From Epithemia pelagica (Eukaryota; Protista; Bacillariophyta): a DNA stretch of 64,000 nucleotides. The stretch lies in contig OX337234.1 in the NCBI GenBank assembly GCA_946965045.2, positions 1-64,000 of the forward strand, in the 5' to 3' direction. The position numbers and the translations under genes were made by a program. The notes below the pieces were generated by a model. The model had not been told where the DNA came from and searched no databases. It saw nothing but the letters and a program-made list of their open reading frames with translations. Positions 21,101 to 31,823 of this stretch are shown here, piece after piece. Position 1 is the first letter of the stretch; each line of letters starts with the position of its first letter.

Positions 21101-21540
21101 AAGCGACGTTTTGCTTTGCGTTTCTTGGGCCGGTTCTTGATAGATTCAATCTTGACTGGGTCGGTTGGCATGACTATATTGTCATGGGAAGCTGTGCAAG
21201 TGAATCGGCCATTCTCTGCTTTCCTGTTAATGGGGATGTTGGGGAAAGCGACTTCTTGTTCATCCGCGTCAAAGCAATCGCCGCAAAAGAAAAAACCTTC
21301 CCATCGCTGATATTGGTTTCTACCAAATACAGAACATGGCTTCGTGTCTTCGTTGGCAAAGTCACGGCAGATGCGGGCAATCCTTTTCCTTTCTAAAGCA
21401 CTTGAGTGGGGAGGACGCTTCGCCTCTCTACGACGAGCTCTCGTCTGTTGATTCGGGGAAACTGGGGCAGCCTCTGCTTCTTGCAGCTCTTCTTCGGCTT
21501 GCTCCATGGCAAGCCGTTGGGCTTGACGGGTGGTTGGCAT
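18193..21540 (-). CDS. Transib/RAG1-like DDE transposase
   Basis: Ordered motifs resembling the RAG1/Transib core: SIDG (D), CDWKL (D-x-K), CSKC, PCLLH, TNYAH...GH, QGWEAFNS (E). It also has an N-terminal Cys cluster and a coiled-coil. TIRs not found. Confidence 0.65.
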   Translation of the reverse strand: MPTTRQAQRLAMEQAEEELQEAEAAPVSPNQQTRARRREAKRPPHSSALERKRIARICRDFANEDTKPCSVFGRNQYQRWEGFFFCGDCFDADEQEVAFPNIPINRKAENGRFTCTASHDNIVMPTDPVKIESIKNRPKKRKAKRRFRKNRRSKRSKGIHVTHVNQSTVVTTEEDKKPPPKQDESDSDPDSEDDSDVSSGSSSSNGIFADSEESEAEQEPVAKEVIAPHGNEGMSVLTCSLANSSTSYSGMTTSQLLAQVQKANDALSSKQKDIELSLKNKDREIHSLKLNLNKVRRSSKKKSKQITKLEARIIEIQSDKAVSQSVPTRASDKERGDQIIANIRVIISKAILRHGKNSDRATRFLKALCGMLLNSNIHQGRMKDVLLEVVGKHLRQTVFTPFRILSEMDRHGGVLNFEGIELLRRVESNGQKHVRTIIPSTSSLQNCAAMVEHYGSIVCPFRMIRNVRDSTEGFYFRAADVMRVILHSGGLMDGEAASRPVNLSQSIDGAMLTKHLSHTLGGLKFNDSSNPYKQSRNSVFPIVCVIGRESTSIVRGLFARMIQEIDEAASIVLPQRFAIEPPKVSTNCDMSCDWKLSGRGGAAKVCKYPCSKCAIASSDLHLQTRLASECPICIHLKHTDDENWICRHVDMCTGAHIGLMKEEVEKFKAESPKVAEEIDDIRKKSKIRTDINPSLPPDDIALSSSDNIPFDFQKAEVQDRIEFSRNVNSDLQLRGLSLHGPLSERQSRLKVQHISEYTYSMASLRVREFDPKGNKDVAGALVMMMDAVPCLLHLENRMGIKILSMCLKSGLTHAKNDEHDWINEDDRTSVDRKCQAFIEKVEEIVNTQVLGTPMQSQQWQMPYDRRKNVVGTITMDNVKVRKIISQINELIDPMVEDEERREKWKQCIGHYRSAIEIVNRKHDLSNQEIWDFQKEADLFFALWVELYGAEGVTNYAHVIGSGHLREYLQHWRNLSTHSQQGWEAFNSAFKTYYFSRTQRGGATNKGEGDQSRMKSMARWIQRRMVFLLGISEEEIEESVANNKEKATTGPSWVQKYGGTIEFGQPVGLAVRDEDDVENNPEFEFDWEVALDTRIKPMTSEGLPEDFSDWTSDGSI

Positions 21541-22453
21541 CGTTGGGTCTTCAATCGAAAGGAGAGGTGCCTGTTTGATTGATATGTTGATTCAGGAAGA
21601 GAGACATGATGGAACTTTATTCAGAGTTCCTTGTCAACATCATCTTTTCATCGGCTTCGGGTTCTGCGATTGAGTTTAGAACGGATGAATGAAATGCGAC
21701 TAAGGGGTAATGTAATATTCATGAACATATAAATTTTATGCAAAAAATCGTCGGGCGAGTTCTCGAAATCCATTCTCATACGTTTGGACTTAGTGAAATT
21801 TGGGAAAATGGGGTTCTGAAGAGGACGTGTGACAGGGGGTACTTCCACGATGATATGGCTCTTATGTAACGATGGCCTAACCTTGCCTTATGTATCAGAA
21901 AAGGTTTGGCATAGTTACATAAGAGCCAAGTCTCCGTTGTTGTGCCAATTCATTGGCTTTTTGGTACTGGCAGTCTTGGATGTTCATTCACGGCAGAGTC
22001 TCGGATTATATTTAATGAATGTCCTATTCGGGGTTTTTCCATTGATTAGAGCGCAGTGGGTGTGACATGTTTCTGAAGCGGTATTGGGTGGGGGAGGGTT
22101 GACATGCGCGCTAAAATGAACCGGAAATGCTGCTATTGAGGTAAAGAAAAATTATTCGATTCTTATTGGGTGCGAGCGACCATATCCGCGACCCCCAAGC
22201 TGGTCACCATGGCGATGGCGTACCGTCTTTTGAGCGCTCCTGGCCCCTCGAAAGACGCCACCAACGCAGAACCTCAGAGCTTCCCCTTCGTTCTTGAACC
22301 AAAGAGTTGGAGAATTGTGTTGTGGACACAAATCGTGAGCGCATCGGTTCCATTCTTTACATCCTTCCTTCCATTTCAAACGCCAAACACAAAGGTCGGA
22401 ACCATCCACCCTCCCCATCCTGTTCTCTCTGTCCTTGTGCCTGAAACAGTAGT

Positions 22454-24359
22454 ATGACGACGCCATGCGCCGTTGATTCCAAGACGGATCCTCACAGAAC
22501 AAGAGATGAGGAAGAACCTGTCACGGAACGTACTTTATTGGTACCAATCAATGACAACGAGGACGATGACACGGTTCAGGGCACAACAACTGCTGCTTGG
22601 TCATCGTCTGCAGTGATGTCCTTGGGGTGGTTTTGGTCGGAATGTCAAACGTGGGCATTCTTGTCGATCCCCACCATGGTCATCAATTTAAGTTTTGTCG
22701 TGCCTCATGTTTGGTCGGCCTCGTATATTGGACGAACGTTGTATCCTGTCCACTTGAGTGGCTTTGCCTTGGCCACCTTGACTGGCAATGTCTTTCAAGG
22801 GACCTTGTTGCAAGGACTCTTCAATGCCAGGTTGGTCCCTAAATAGTGTTGTCGTCGTTGTGTGTGTTTTGTAGTATCTCACTCACTGCGATTCTCCTCC
22901 TGATTCCGTTTTGTTGTCATCGTGTTCATCTCTACCATGTATATTATACAGTGACACTCTTTCTCCCCAAGCCTTTGGAGCTCAACAGTATCGCGAATTG
23001 GGTTTGTTGGCCATTCGAGGCAGTGTGGCATCCCTGGTCCTGGTCATTCTTCCTCTCACGGTCGTCTTGTGGGTGTGGATGCCCGACATTTTGGTCCAGG
23101 GATTGGGACAAGACGAGGAAGCCTCTCGAGTCGCGGCCGACTTTTATCGTGTGTATTCCGTGGGCTTACCCGCGTATGCCCTGTATTGCATTGTCTGGAA
23201 ATTCTTGTCGGCTCAAAGCATTTTGTGGCCCTTGGTCGTATCGACATTGGTTTCCACCCTCCTTGTCTTTCCCGTGGCCTTGACTGTTTTATTGGAAGAA
23301 GGATCTGGTGGAGGCGGACTCTTTTTCTTCCTTGGACATTTTGGAGAAGTGACAAACACAACCAACGATATCGGTAACGTGAATATGGGTACCGACGAAC
23401 AACAAGCAGGATTCCTGGCTCCGGCTGCCGCAACATCCATTTATTACATGAGTCAATGTCTTTTGGTGCTATTGCTCGTCTGGTATTGGCAGCCACACCA
23501 TCCTGCGACATGGACCAAAGGCTTTTTGTGGGATGCGACCGTGTGGCGACAAGCCTTGGCCTGGCAACCTCTCTCGCAGTACTTGTCCTTGGGATTGGGA
23601 GGTATCTTAACCTACTTGGAATGGGTCTATTGGGAAGCCTTGTCACTCATGGTTGGTACCTTTGGTGTGGTACCCCTATCGGCCCATGCCATTCCCAGTC
23701 AAGTACTGGATGTCGCCTACATGATTCCCTGGGGAATGGGCATTGCCCTTTCGATTCGATTGGGACAAGTCCTGGCATCATCCTCTGTCAAACTGGACAA
23801 GAACCAATCGCTTTCGTTTCGTACTAGCACAAGGAATGCGATTCGAAACAGCAAACTCTTGGCCGTCACAGCGTTGCTGGTGAGTGTACTCGTGTTTGGA
23901 GTGGGAGCCTTGGTCTTGTACCAGGCGCAGGATTGGATTGTCGTACGGCTCTTTACCCACCATGAAAACAAGGATGCGGCCGTGGCGGAATTGTGTCGGC
24001 AAATTTGGGGTCATGTCGCACTCTTGTTTTTTGTCTTGGGCATGTATGCCATGGTCATTGGCATTGCCGTGGGATTGGGATTGCAATGGACCTTGGGGAT
24101 TGTCACGGTGGTGTGTTTGTGGTGTGTGGGTGTCCCCACCGCCTATTGGTTCGCGGTGCAACGCCAAGGAGGATTGGTGGCCGCCTGGTCCTGTTTCTGG
24201 CCCCCCTACCTTCTCATTAACGGCATTATGTGTCTGGTCTTTTTCGTCACAACCGATTGGGAGGACATTGTGGACGAAATTCAGCAACGCGAACAACAAC
24301 AACAAGAGGCAAAAGAAGGACAAGGAGAACACACAAAAGAACACGAGTCACAACCGTAA
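22454..24359 (+). CDS. MATE family efflux transporter (2 exons: 22454-22830, 22952-24359)
   Basis: GT...AG intron at 22831-22951 restores LFNAS-DTLSPQAFGA, a MATE signature. Further motifs EWVYWE and SIRLGQ, with many hydrophobic segments. Confidence 0.9.
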
Positions 24360-25212
24360 CAGCACAAACAGTAAGACGAGGATGTAACAACCCTAACACA
24401 CGACATACAAGTGAAGCAATGCGAGGAACGTACAAGGAACAGCAAAACCCGAGAGGAGTGGAAATTGGAATCCAATAATTTCCACAACTCATACAACGAA
24501 TGCCTAGTCGGGTGCGTCGCGCATGTGGATCCAGTGGCTTTCCTCACTCCCTCAAGGGATTCTTCCTCTTGACCGTTTGACGACTTGTAGAGAGTATCAG
24601 GAATCAGGACCAGTCGAAAACGCGCACCGACTATGCGTCATGCCTTGTTGTATCGTTTCTTGGAGAGATTCGGGGCCATTGTCGTGTTGCTCGTTTGGTT
24701 GTATGAGCGGAATTTCCGCTTGTTTTGTTTGTCTCCAAGTACCACATTCCAGAACAAGATGCACATTTCAGAACAAAACGGGCGGAGCCAAAAGCTACGA
24801 TTGTAGGCAAGCTACGTCCTCCTTGTCCTTTCTTGTGTGTCGTATTTTGCTTGGCCGTTGCCACAAATAATGTACAAGAAAGCGTATCCATCTATACGGT
24901 ATGAATGTGGTGTGGTCCATTCATGGAGACGACGCTCCGGTAATCTGATTGTGATTCTACAAAGGGAACTATCGGGACCCTCTGTACGGCACCAAAGCAA
25001 GAAAACCGACGAAACAGGTTACTACTACTTAGTTTTACATCCGGTACGCTGGGGCTGGCGGTAAATGTATATGTCGTATTGGTTCATGCGCATGTCGTCG
25101 ACGGATACACTACCGGTTTGTGTTGTGTGTGTGTGTGTGTCAAAGAAAGCGTAGCTTGGCATGGCGATGGCTGGAGCCTGTAGACTTGTTGTATAGACGT
25201 GGATGCTTCCGC

Positions 25213-26933
25213 TTAGTCTTGGGATTGAGTTCTCAAAAACTCTTCCATGGACGCCCACGACGACGACGATGCTGCTGGTGCGGGTGATGGTGACGGAGGC
25301 GGCAATCCCCCGCCATTGGCCGTGACGGCACCATTGGTCGTTGCACCATTGCTGTTGGTCTGCACCACACGGTCCCAGAGCGACGTGGCCGAGGCGGCGG
25401 CCGTTTTACTGTCGGCCAAGACGGATCGTTCCGAATAAAAGAGCGCATGTTGGGGAAGGACGGGTTTTACAGCACGTCCATTGTCGCCCGGTTGCCAGGA
25501 TTGAATTTCCGTACACCAATTGAAAATTTTGTCACAAAAGGCTTGCATGGGCAAGACGGTAAAGGGTTCTTCCAGTTGCGTGCCAATTTCTTCAATGCCA
25601 AACAACATGGTGGAAATGACCACCATGGTGGGAATCATGGCCACATGATTCCACGACGGAGCAAAGGCTTCGTACAATCCAAAGGGTAGGAGCAACAACC
25701 AGACGGCCAAGAAGCGGGCCAAATGCCGCGAATAAAACAATGGGACGGGACTGGTCAAGATGCGTTCGGAACTGCCCAAATTGTCTTCAAAGATACTGAC
25801 GGCGCGATGAATTTCATTTTTTCGCAAGTAATGCATGGGCAAATCTTCAATGGCATAGGACAAATCTTGCAGGGCGCGATTGGGTCGATGGGCGGCTTGG
25901 ATAATGGCTTCAGCCTGTTGGGTGGGCAACTTTTGGTAGAGTTCTTGACAAAAGTCAACCTCATCTTCTTCGGTCGGACTCAAGTGTCGTTTCATGCTTC
26001 GGACAAAGGCCCAGGTACATTCGGCCACATGGGTCAAATCGGCCTGACGTTGTTCCGGACTCACACCCGTACTGTCGTAATAGGCATTGGCCATGCGATT
26101 CAAGTTACGGGTGTGATTAATGTTCATTCCCCAATTCTTGCGGGCTTCGTCCCATCGTTGATAGGACGTGTTGGTACGAAAGACTGTGTGTGGTAGGTAT
26201 TAGGTAAGTATGTTGGTAGGTAGAAGCCAGGAACACGATTGAACGACGACGACGACGACAAGAGTAGTAGAAACCACAAACAGAGAAAGAACGCATTGGT
26301 GTAAGACAAACACTGTATTGGAGACAAGAACAACAAACACAAACCAACACAACCCACACACACACCATCGTGAGTAAACGTACCCAACAAGAGTCCGAGC
26401 GACGGACTGGTCAAGGTAAAGGAGGCGAGGGGCAATCCGAGTTTGGGCAAGTATTGCGATTGCAAAAGGGCGGGTTGGACGACGCCCTCCAAATTGGTGT
26501 ATCCCCCGACCAGGGCATTGTAGGCACAGACAAAGACGGCCACGGCCGTCGTCAAGGCCACTTCGCGGCCCAAATTTTTGTAGACACCACTACTAAAAAT
26601 GGCTTGCAAATACCAAATAAATCGATCTTGACTGCGATGCTTTTTCCAATCGTCATGACTGTAGACGGTGCGACGAAATTTGCGTTGGCCTTCGCCCGAT
26701 GGCAAATCCGTCAGGGTACGCAAGCGTTCAAAACTATCCCATCCGGTACTGGTAAAGGATTGCTGTTGCGCCGTTGGAGGAGGACTGTTGTGATTGGGCT
26801 CTCGCTTTTTCAAGGACGAGGGATTGGAGGAGGTGGGAAGAGACGTTTGGGTGGCACCCGGTGGCAACACAAAGGCCGAGCAGGACACGGTGGTCCACAC
26901 CGCCACGAGGAGGAGGAAAAGCCACGCTTTCAT
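25213..26933 (-). CDS. Bestrophin-like (UPF0187/VCCN-type) anion channel, predicted plastid-targeted (exons 26384-26933, 25213-26183)
   Basis: Signal peptide followed by SAFVLP. The spliced sequence reads SLGLLLVFRTNTSYQRWDEARKNWG; also contains GIEEIGTQLEEPF. Intron 26184-26383 is GT...AG. Confidence 0.9.
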
Positions 26934-28085
26934 GGTATTTGTACTGAATCGTAACGTTAAGGAGAAACCGGCTTGCCTCTGAACTGGGAGGATTGAAAGT
27001 TTTTATGAGACAAGGATAGAACCAAAATGTGTGACTGTGAGATTGTAGGAGGAGGAGGAGGAATCAAGGAGGGGGAAGCAGCGATCCACAATGCAAAATG
27101 GGAGAGACGGAGAGAGAGCGATGAGCGAGATAGAAAGCGAGTGGATTTCTCTACTAGTAGGGGAAGAGAGCGAGAGAGACAAAAGGTCCAGAGTCCAGAG
27201 AGACAAGAGATGATGATGATGATAATGATGATGATGATGATGAAGAAGTTTGCACAGGAACGGAGGAAACGAACCAGAGATAAGAGTTTTCCACTTACCG
27301 ACTTTGGCCGGCTGCAGCTGCTGCTACTCGGGTGAACACGACAAGGGAGAGACAGAGCGAAAAAAGGATTCTCTTTTCGGTGGTGTCCACCACCAATAGA
27401 GATGAAAGGCGAACGGTGGTGAAAGGTGTGTGTCTGTCCACCGAACGACGACAACGACGACAAGAGATATGTTTTTCGTCGTTGACTTGATGAGGCTAGA
27501 TAGAGTGGAGATGGAATTCGGATTTCGGATTGGAAGGAAACCAACAAGAGGCCTTGTTGCGAGAGGTGACTGTGACACGATGGACGGCGGTGATGGGTGA
27601 TGGACCTTATCTTTGGCTTGTCGTTTGTCGTCTTGTCTTCGGTTGTTGCTGTCGCAGTTGCGGTTTGAGAACGGAAAGACTTCGATCTGACGTACTTGGA
27701 CTTCTCGTCCTTCCATGTCCCAGGGGAACCCGGTGCGACATGCAAAGCGACTGAGTTTCATACAAACATTCAGTGTGCGAGCGACCGACGAGTCGAACCG
27801 TCCGTGCGGGTACGTCACACCACAGCCAGAAATCGAACCGAACGCCGTGATGGATCCTTCGAACGACCAGAAAGATACCCTCGCCCATTATCATCCATCA
27901 CCACCGTCCATTGGTGGATCGGAGTTCGAATCCTTTTTTGTTTTCAGCCTTCTTGTGGAAACCCCTCGTTGGTCTCCAGCTGCAAGACCAGATCGGGCCT
28001 CTCGTGTCTCCTCTTTGGACCAAGACCAGATCAACAGAAAGAAACACAGCACGAAAACGAGTTGAGAATTGAAAAGAATAGGATC

Positions 28086-29955
28086 ATGATCATCTCATCG
28101 TGGACCCATCGTATCCTTCTCCTCGCAACAACGTGGACCACTCTCCTTCTTCTCTTTGGGAGCACTCCTCGTACTTCGGCATTTATCCTTCCTTCTTCCT
28201 CTTCTCCCTCGTCTTCTCCCTCGTCTCCTCCTCCCCCAGTCCGTCCGACCCATCATCCTCCCGTGTCGCCGTTTGTCTTGCGAGACTTTACCAGTACGGG
28301 ATGGGATAGTTTTGAACGCATCAAAAAGGGTGGCGTCATTACCGATTTTCCCTCGGGCGAACGACAACGCAAATATCGTCGTACAGTCTACACGCACGAC
28401 GATTGGAAAAAACATCGGAGTCAAGATCGCTTTCTCATTTATTTAAAAGCCATTTTGACGCAAGGCGCCTATCAAAATTTGGCCGGTGAAGTCACGCTGA
28501 CCGCCTCGGTGGCTGTCGTGGTTTGTTTGTACAATGCCCTCGTGGGTGGCTATGACGATCTCAATGGAGTTTCTCATGCCGCCGTACTGCAATCGCAATA
28601 TTTGCCCCAACTCGGATTGCCCCTTTCCTTTTTTACCTTGACCAGTCCATCGCTCGGGCTCTTGTTGGGTACGTACCTGCACATCCTGGGATTGTACTCT
28701 ATACCCCCAAAATTTGAGTCCACAACTCACAAACAAATGACATGTCTTCTCTCTATTACTACGACTGTTTGGTTTGTGTGCGTGTTTGGTTGGTTGTGAC
28801 GACGATTTATTACTTGCTTCATCGTTTCTCGATTCGATCCTTTTTACATGTGTGGGTGGACGATTTCTCTCTCTCAATCTCTCTCTCTCTATATATATAT
28901 ATTATATATGTATTCCAGTCTTTCGAACCAACACATCGTATCGTCGATGGGACGAGGCTCGCAAGAATTGGGGTCGCAACATTAATCATACCCGCAATTT
29001 GAATCGCATGGCCAATGCCTATTACGACGACACGCGGCAGTATGGCAATGGCGCCTCACCGGAGCAACGTGCGGCCGACCTCCATCATGTCGCACTGTGT
29101 ACCTGGGCCTTTGTCCGGTGCATGAAACGACACTTGAGTCCGACCGAAGAAGATGAGGCGGAATTTGTCAAGGAATTGTACGAAAAGTTACCGGCCGAGC
29201 AGGCCCAAAAAATTGTCAGCTCCACTCATCGACCCAATCGCGCCATTCAAGATTTGAGTTTTGCCATTGAAGAATTGCCCATGCATTATATGCGCAAACA
29301 TGAAGTCCATCAAACCATTACCATTTTTGAAGACAATTTGGGCAGTTCCGAACGCATCTTGACCAGTCCCGTGCCACTCTTTTATTCCCGTCATTTGGCC
29401 CGCTTCTTGGCCGCTTGGTTGCTGCTCCTGCCCTTGGGCTTGTACGATACCTTTGGCAAATCCTGGAATCACTTGGCCATGATTCCCGCCATTGTGGTCA
29501 TTTCCACCATGTTGTTTGGCATTGAAGAAATTGGCACACAACTCGAAGAACCCTTTACCGTCTTGCCCATGCAAGCCTTTTGTGACAAGATTTACAATTG
29601 GTGTGTGGAAATTCAAACTTGGATGCCCGGCGACAATGGACGAGGCCGTCGGACCCAAGATCCCAAACATGTCTTGTACTTTTCCGAACAAGAATCGGCC
29701 GCTCATGAAGAAGCATCCTTAACCATGATGATGAATGCCATGACGCCGGAAGCAGTCTTGCCACCGCCACCACCGCTCGAACAAGTTTCTCCTCCGGTTC
29801 CGGCTGTGGAGGAACCTCTCAACAGTGTGGAGTCTGCGACACTGGAAGAACCAGCGTCGGAGGAGATATCCACCCCTCCTCCTCCAGCGTCGTCGTCATC
29901 ACCCGCATCCCTGTCCATGGAAGAGTTTTTGAAGCGTCAATCCGAAGGTGTGTAG
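28086..29955 (+). CDS. Bestrophin-like anion channel paralog, predicted plastid-targeted (exons 28086-28668, 28919-29955)
   Basis: Signal peptide followed by SAFILP. Same motifs as the minus-strand copy, with the intron (28669-28918) at the same codon position. Confidence 0.9.
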
Positions 29956-31823
29956 AAAACTCTTGGTATCTCGATACTGGTGTGGAAAAACGAACATACG
30001 GGATTTGTCTTCCCTAAATGCTCGCCACAGACACGCACACATGTCCCACTCGAACTAGTCCTAATACCCGAAAGTAACACTATAGTAGTTGAACTACCTA
30101 CAGTGTTAGGCACCCACAACAACTAACCGTGATACAACACCGACACCCTCCTTTTTGGAGAATGTGGGGGCGCCGCAAAGACTGTTGTGGCTCTTGCTGT
30201 TCCTGCTTCCACCGACCGACACTGTCTCACTCGACAAAAGAGAGAGAGTGTGTGCTACAACAAACCACAGGAAAACAGAAAACGAATACCACAACCACTA
30301 TGGTCGTTGATTGGTTCGGTGTTCATTGCCAACAACCATACCACCTTCTGGCCGCAAAATGTGTTGCGGAAGCAGATCTTCTCTGTCTGTCCCAAGGCAA
30401 CTCATTTCATCCACTATATATGGCTCCCACAGTAGTTGGTTCGAAAAAGATGGGCCAGTGACGGTTGGTTCGTTGGATTCTCGATTCGACCGGAAGGAAT
30501 TCTGGCTCGTCGTGGAATGCGTAAAAGGAGTAATAGCATTCTTTATTGCGAACTGTGTGGTGGGTCGCAGTGTGGGTCTGTTGCTCGAATGCGTCATGTT
30601 GCGTTACGTAGTTAATCCGCGGATCGAGGCCCTGGAGGATGCGCCTGCAACGCTTTATGACACCTTTGTGTCCATGAGACTAGCGCTTTCTGGGACCGGA
30701 TGCGTTGGGGGTTGTGTTTTGAGTCCAGAATCATCAAGAGGGAAAACTGTTTCGCCAGGACGACGATTGTTTGGTTCGAAGGACGGGAATCACGTGAAAC
30801 AACTAAGAGACTGGCAACAGTTACCAAGAACGCAAAAAGCACATGTGTCCTGAGTACAGTGTTGGCATGGAACGCAGTGGTGTTCTGTATTAGTATGAGA
30901 ACCACAAGGCTGGTGCGTATACTACTAGAGTCCGACGTTGGTGGTCATTCTTGGACGCGTTCCAAAACCGATACCATACTGGCCGTAGAAGCGCTTGATT
31001 TGAAAAACAGTATACACGGTGACTGTGTCGAGTGGAAACCATGGGGAATGGAAACAAAAGTGCGCAATGGATGGATTGGAGAGTAGCAGACCAAGATGTG
31101 TTCCAATCCCCATGGACATTTTTCCAACGACGACAAGGAACCGAAAAAGACGGCGTTGTTCGAATCCATCCAGTGTGTTTTTTCGTCTACCTAGTGAATA
31201 GATGATTGGTCTACCAGTGCTATTAATAGTAGTAAGCGGTCGATTCGACTCGACGCCATGTGTATGTTTTTTGACCTTTAGCCTGGAACTTGTCAGACTT
31301 GAGATCTACAAGAGAGAACAACAATAAGCGCAACCAAGAAACAAAAGCACGTCAACGAGACGGCTCGTTCGTTGCCAACCTGCAAAATGTGAGCAACACA
31401 ATCCTCCGTGACTGTCTGTGACGCCGGCTCGCTTGCAGCGCGAGCCAATAACAATTCACGCCAGCAAATTTCCGCCGTGTTCATTACTTACAACTATGGG
31501 CCTGCACGCTCGCCTCAAATTTCCATGCGCGCTGGCCGCACGATCCTCATTTTTTTCGAGCGAAGACCAAAAATAAAAAATGTCTTGAGTCGCCATCGAA
31601 CGCGACTCAGCATCCAGAGACCCGAAGCAGTGTGTGTCATCCTCCTCTTGGATTCCTATGTCCTCCATAGATCATAGAGGAAAGGGAAGAGTCGGAAAAG
31701 GAGCGCAAGCACCGAAACTGGAACGATACCCTACTGACGGACGGTCAGTGTTGTTGGTTGTGGACCACCAAGAACCATCACCACCAGAAGAACCAGTACA
31801 AACTATTAGAACAACCACACGCG

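Noticed and set aside
15882-21847. GTACTTCCA at 15882 and 21839 as a TSD or terminal repeat for the Transib-like element
   Set aside because: No adjoining inverted repeats, and the length does not fit the 5-bp Transib TSD; probably coincidental.
29960-31750. Several 60-180 aa ORFs between the bestrophin and glycosyltransferase genes
   Set aside because: No recognisable motifs or consistent frame; treated as intergenic.
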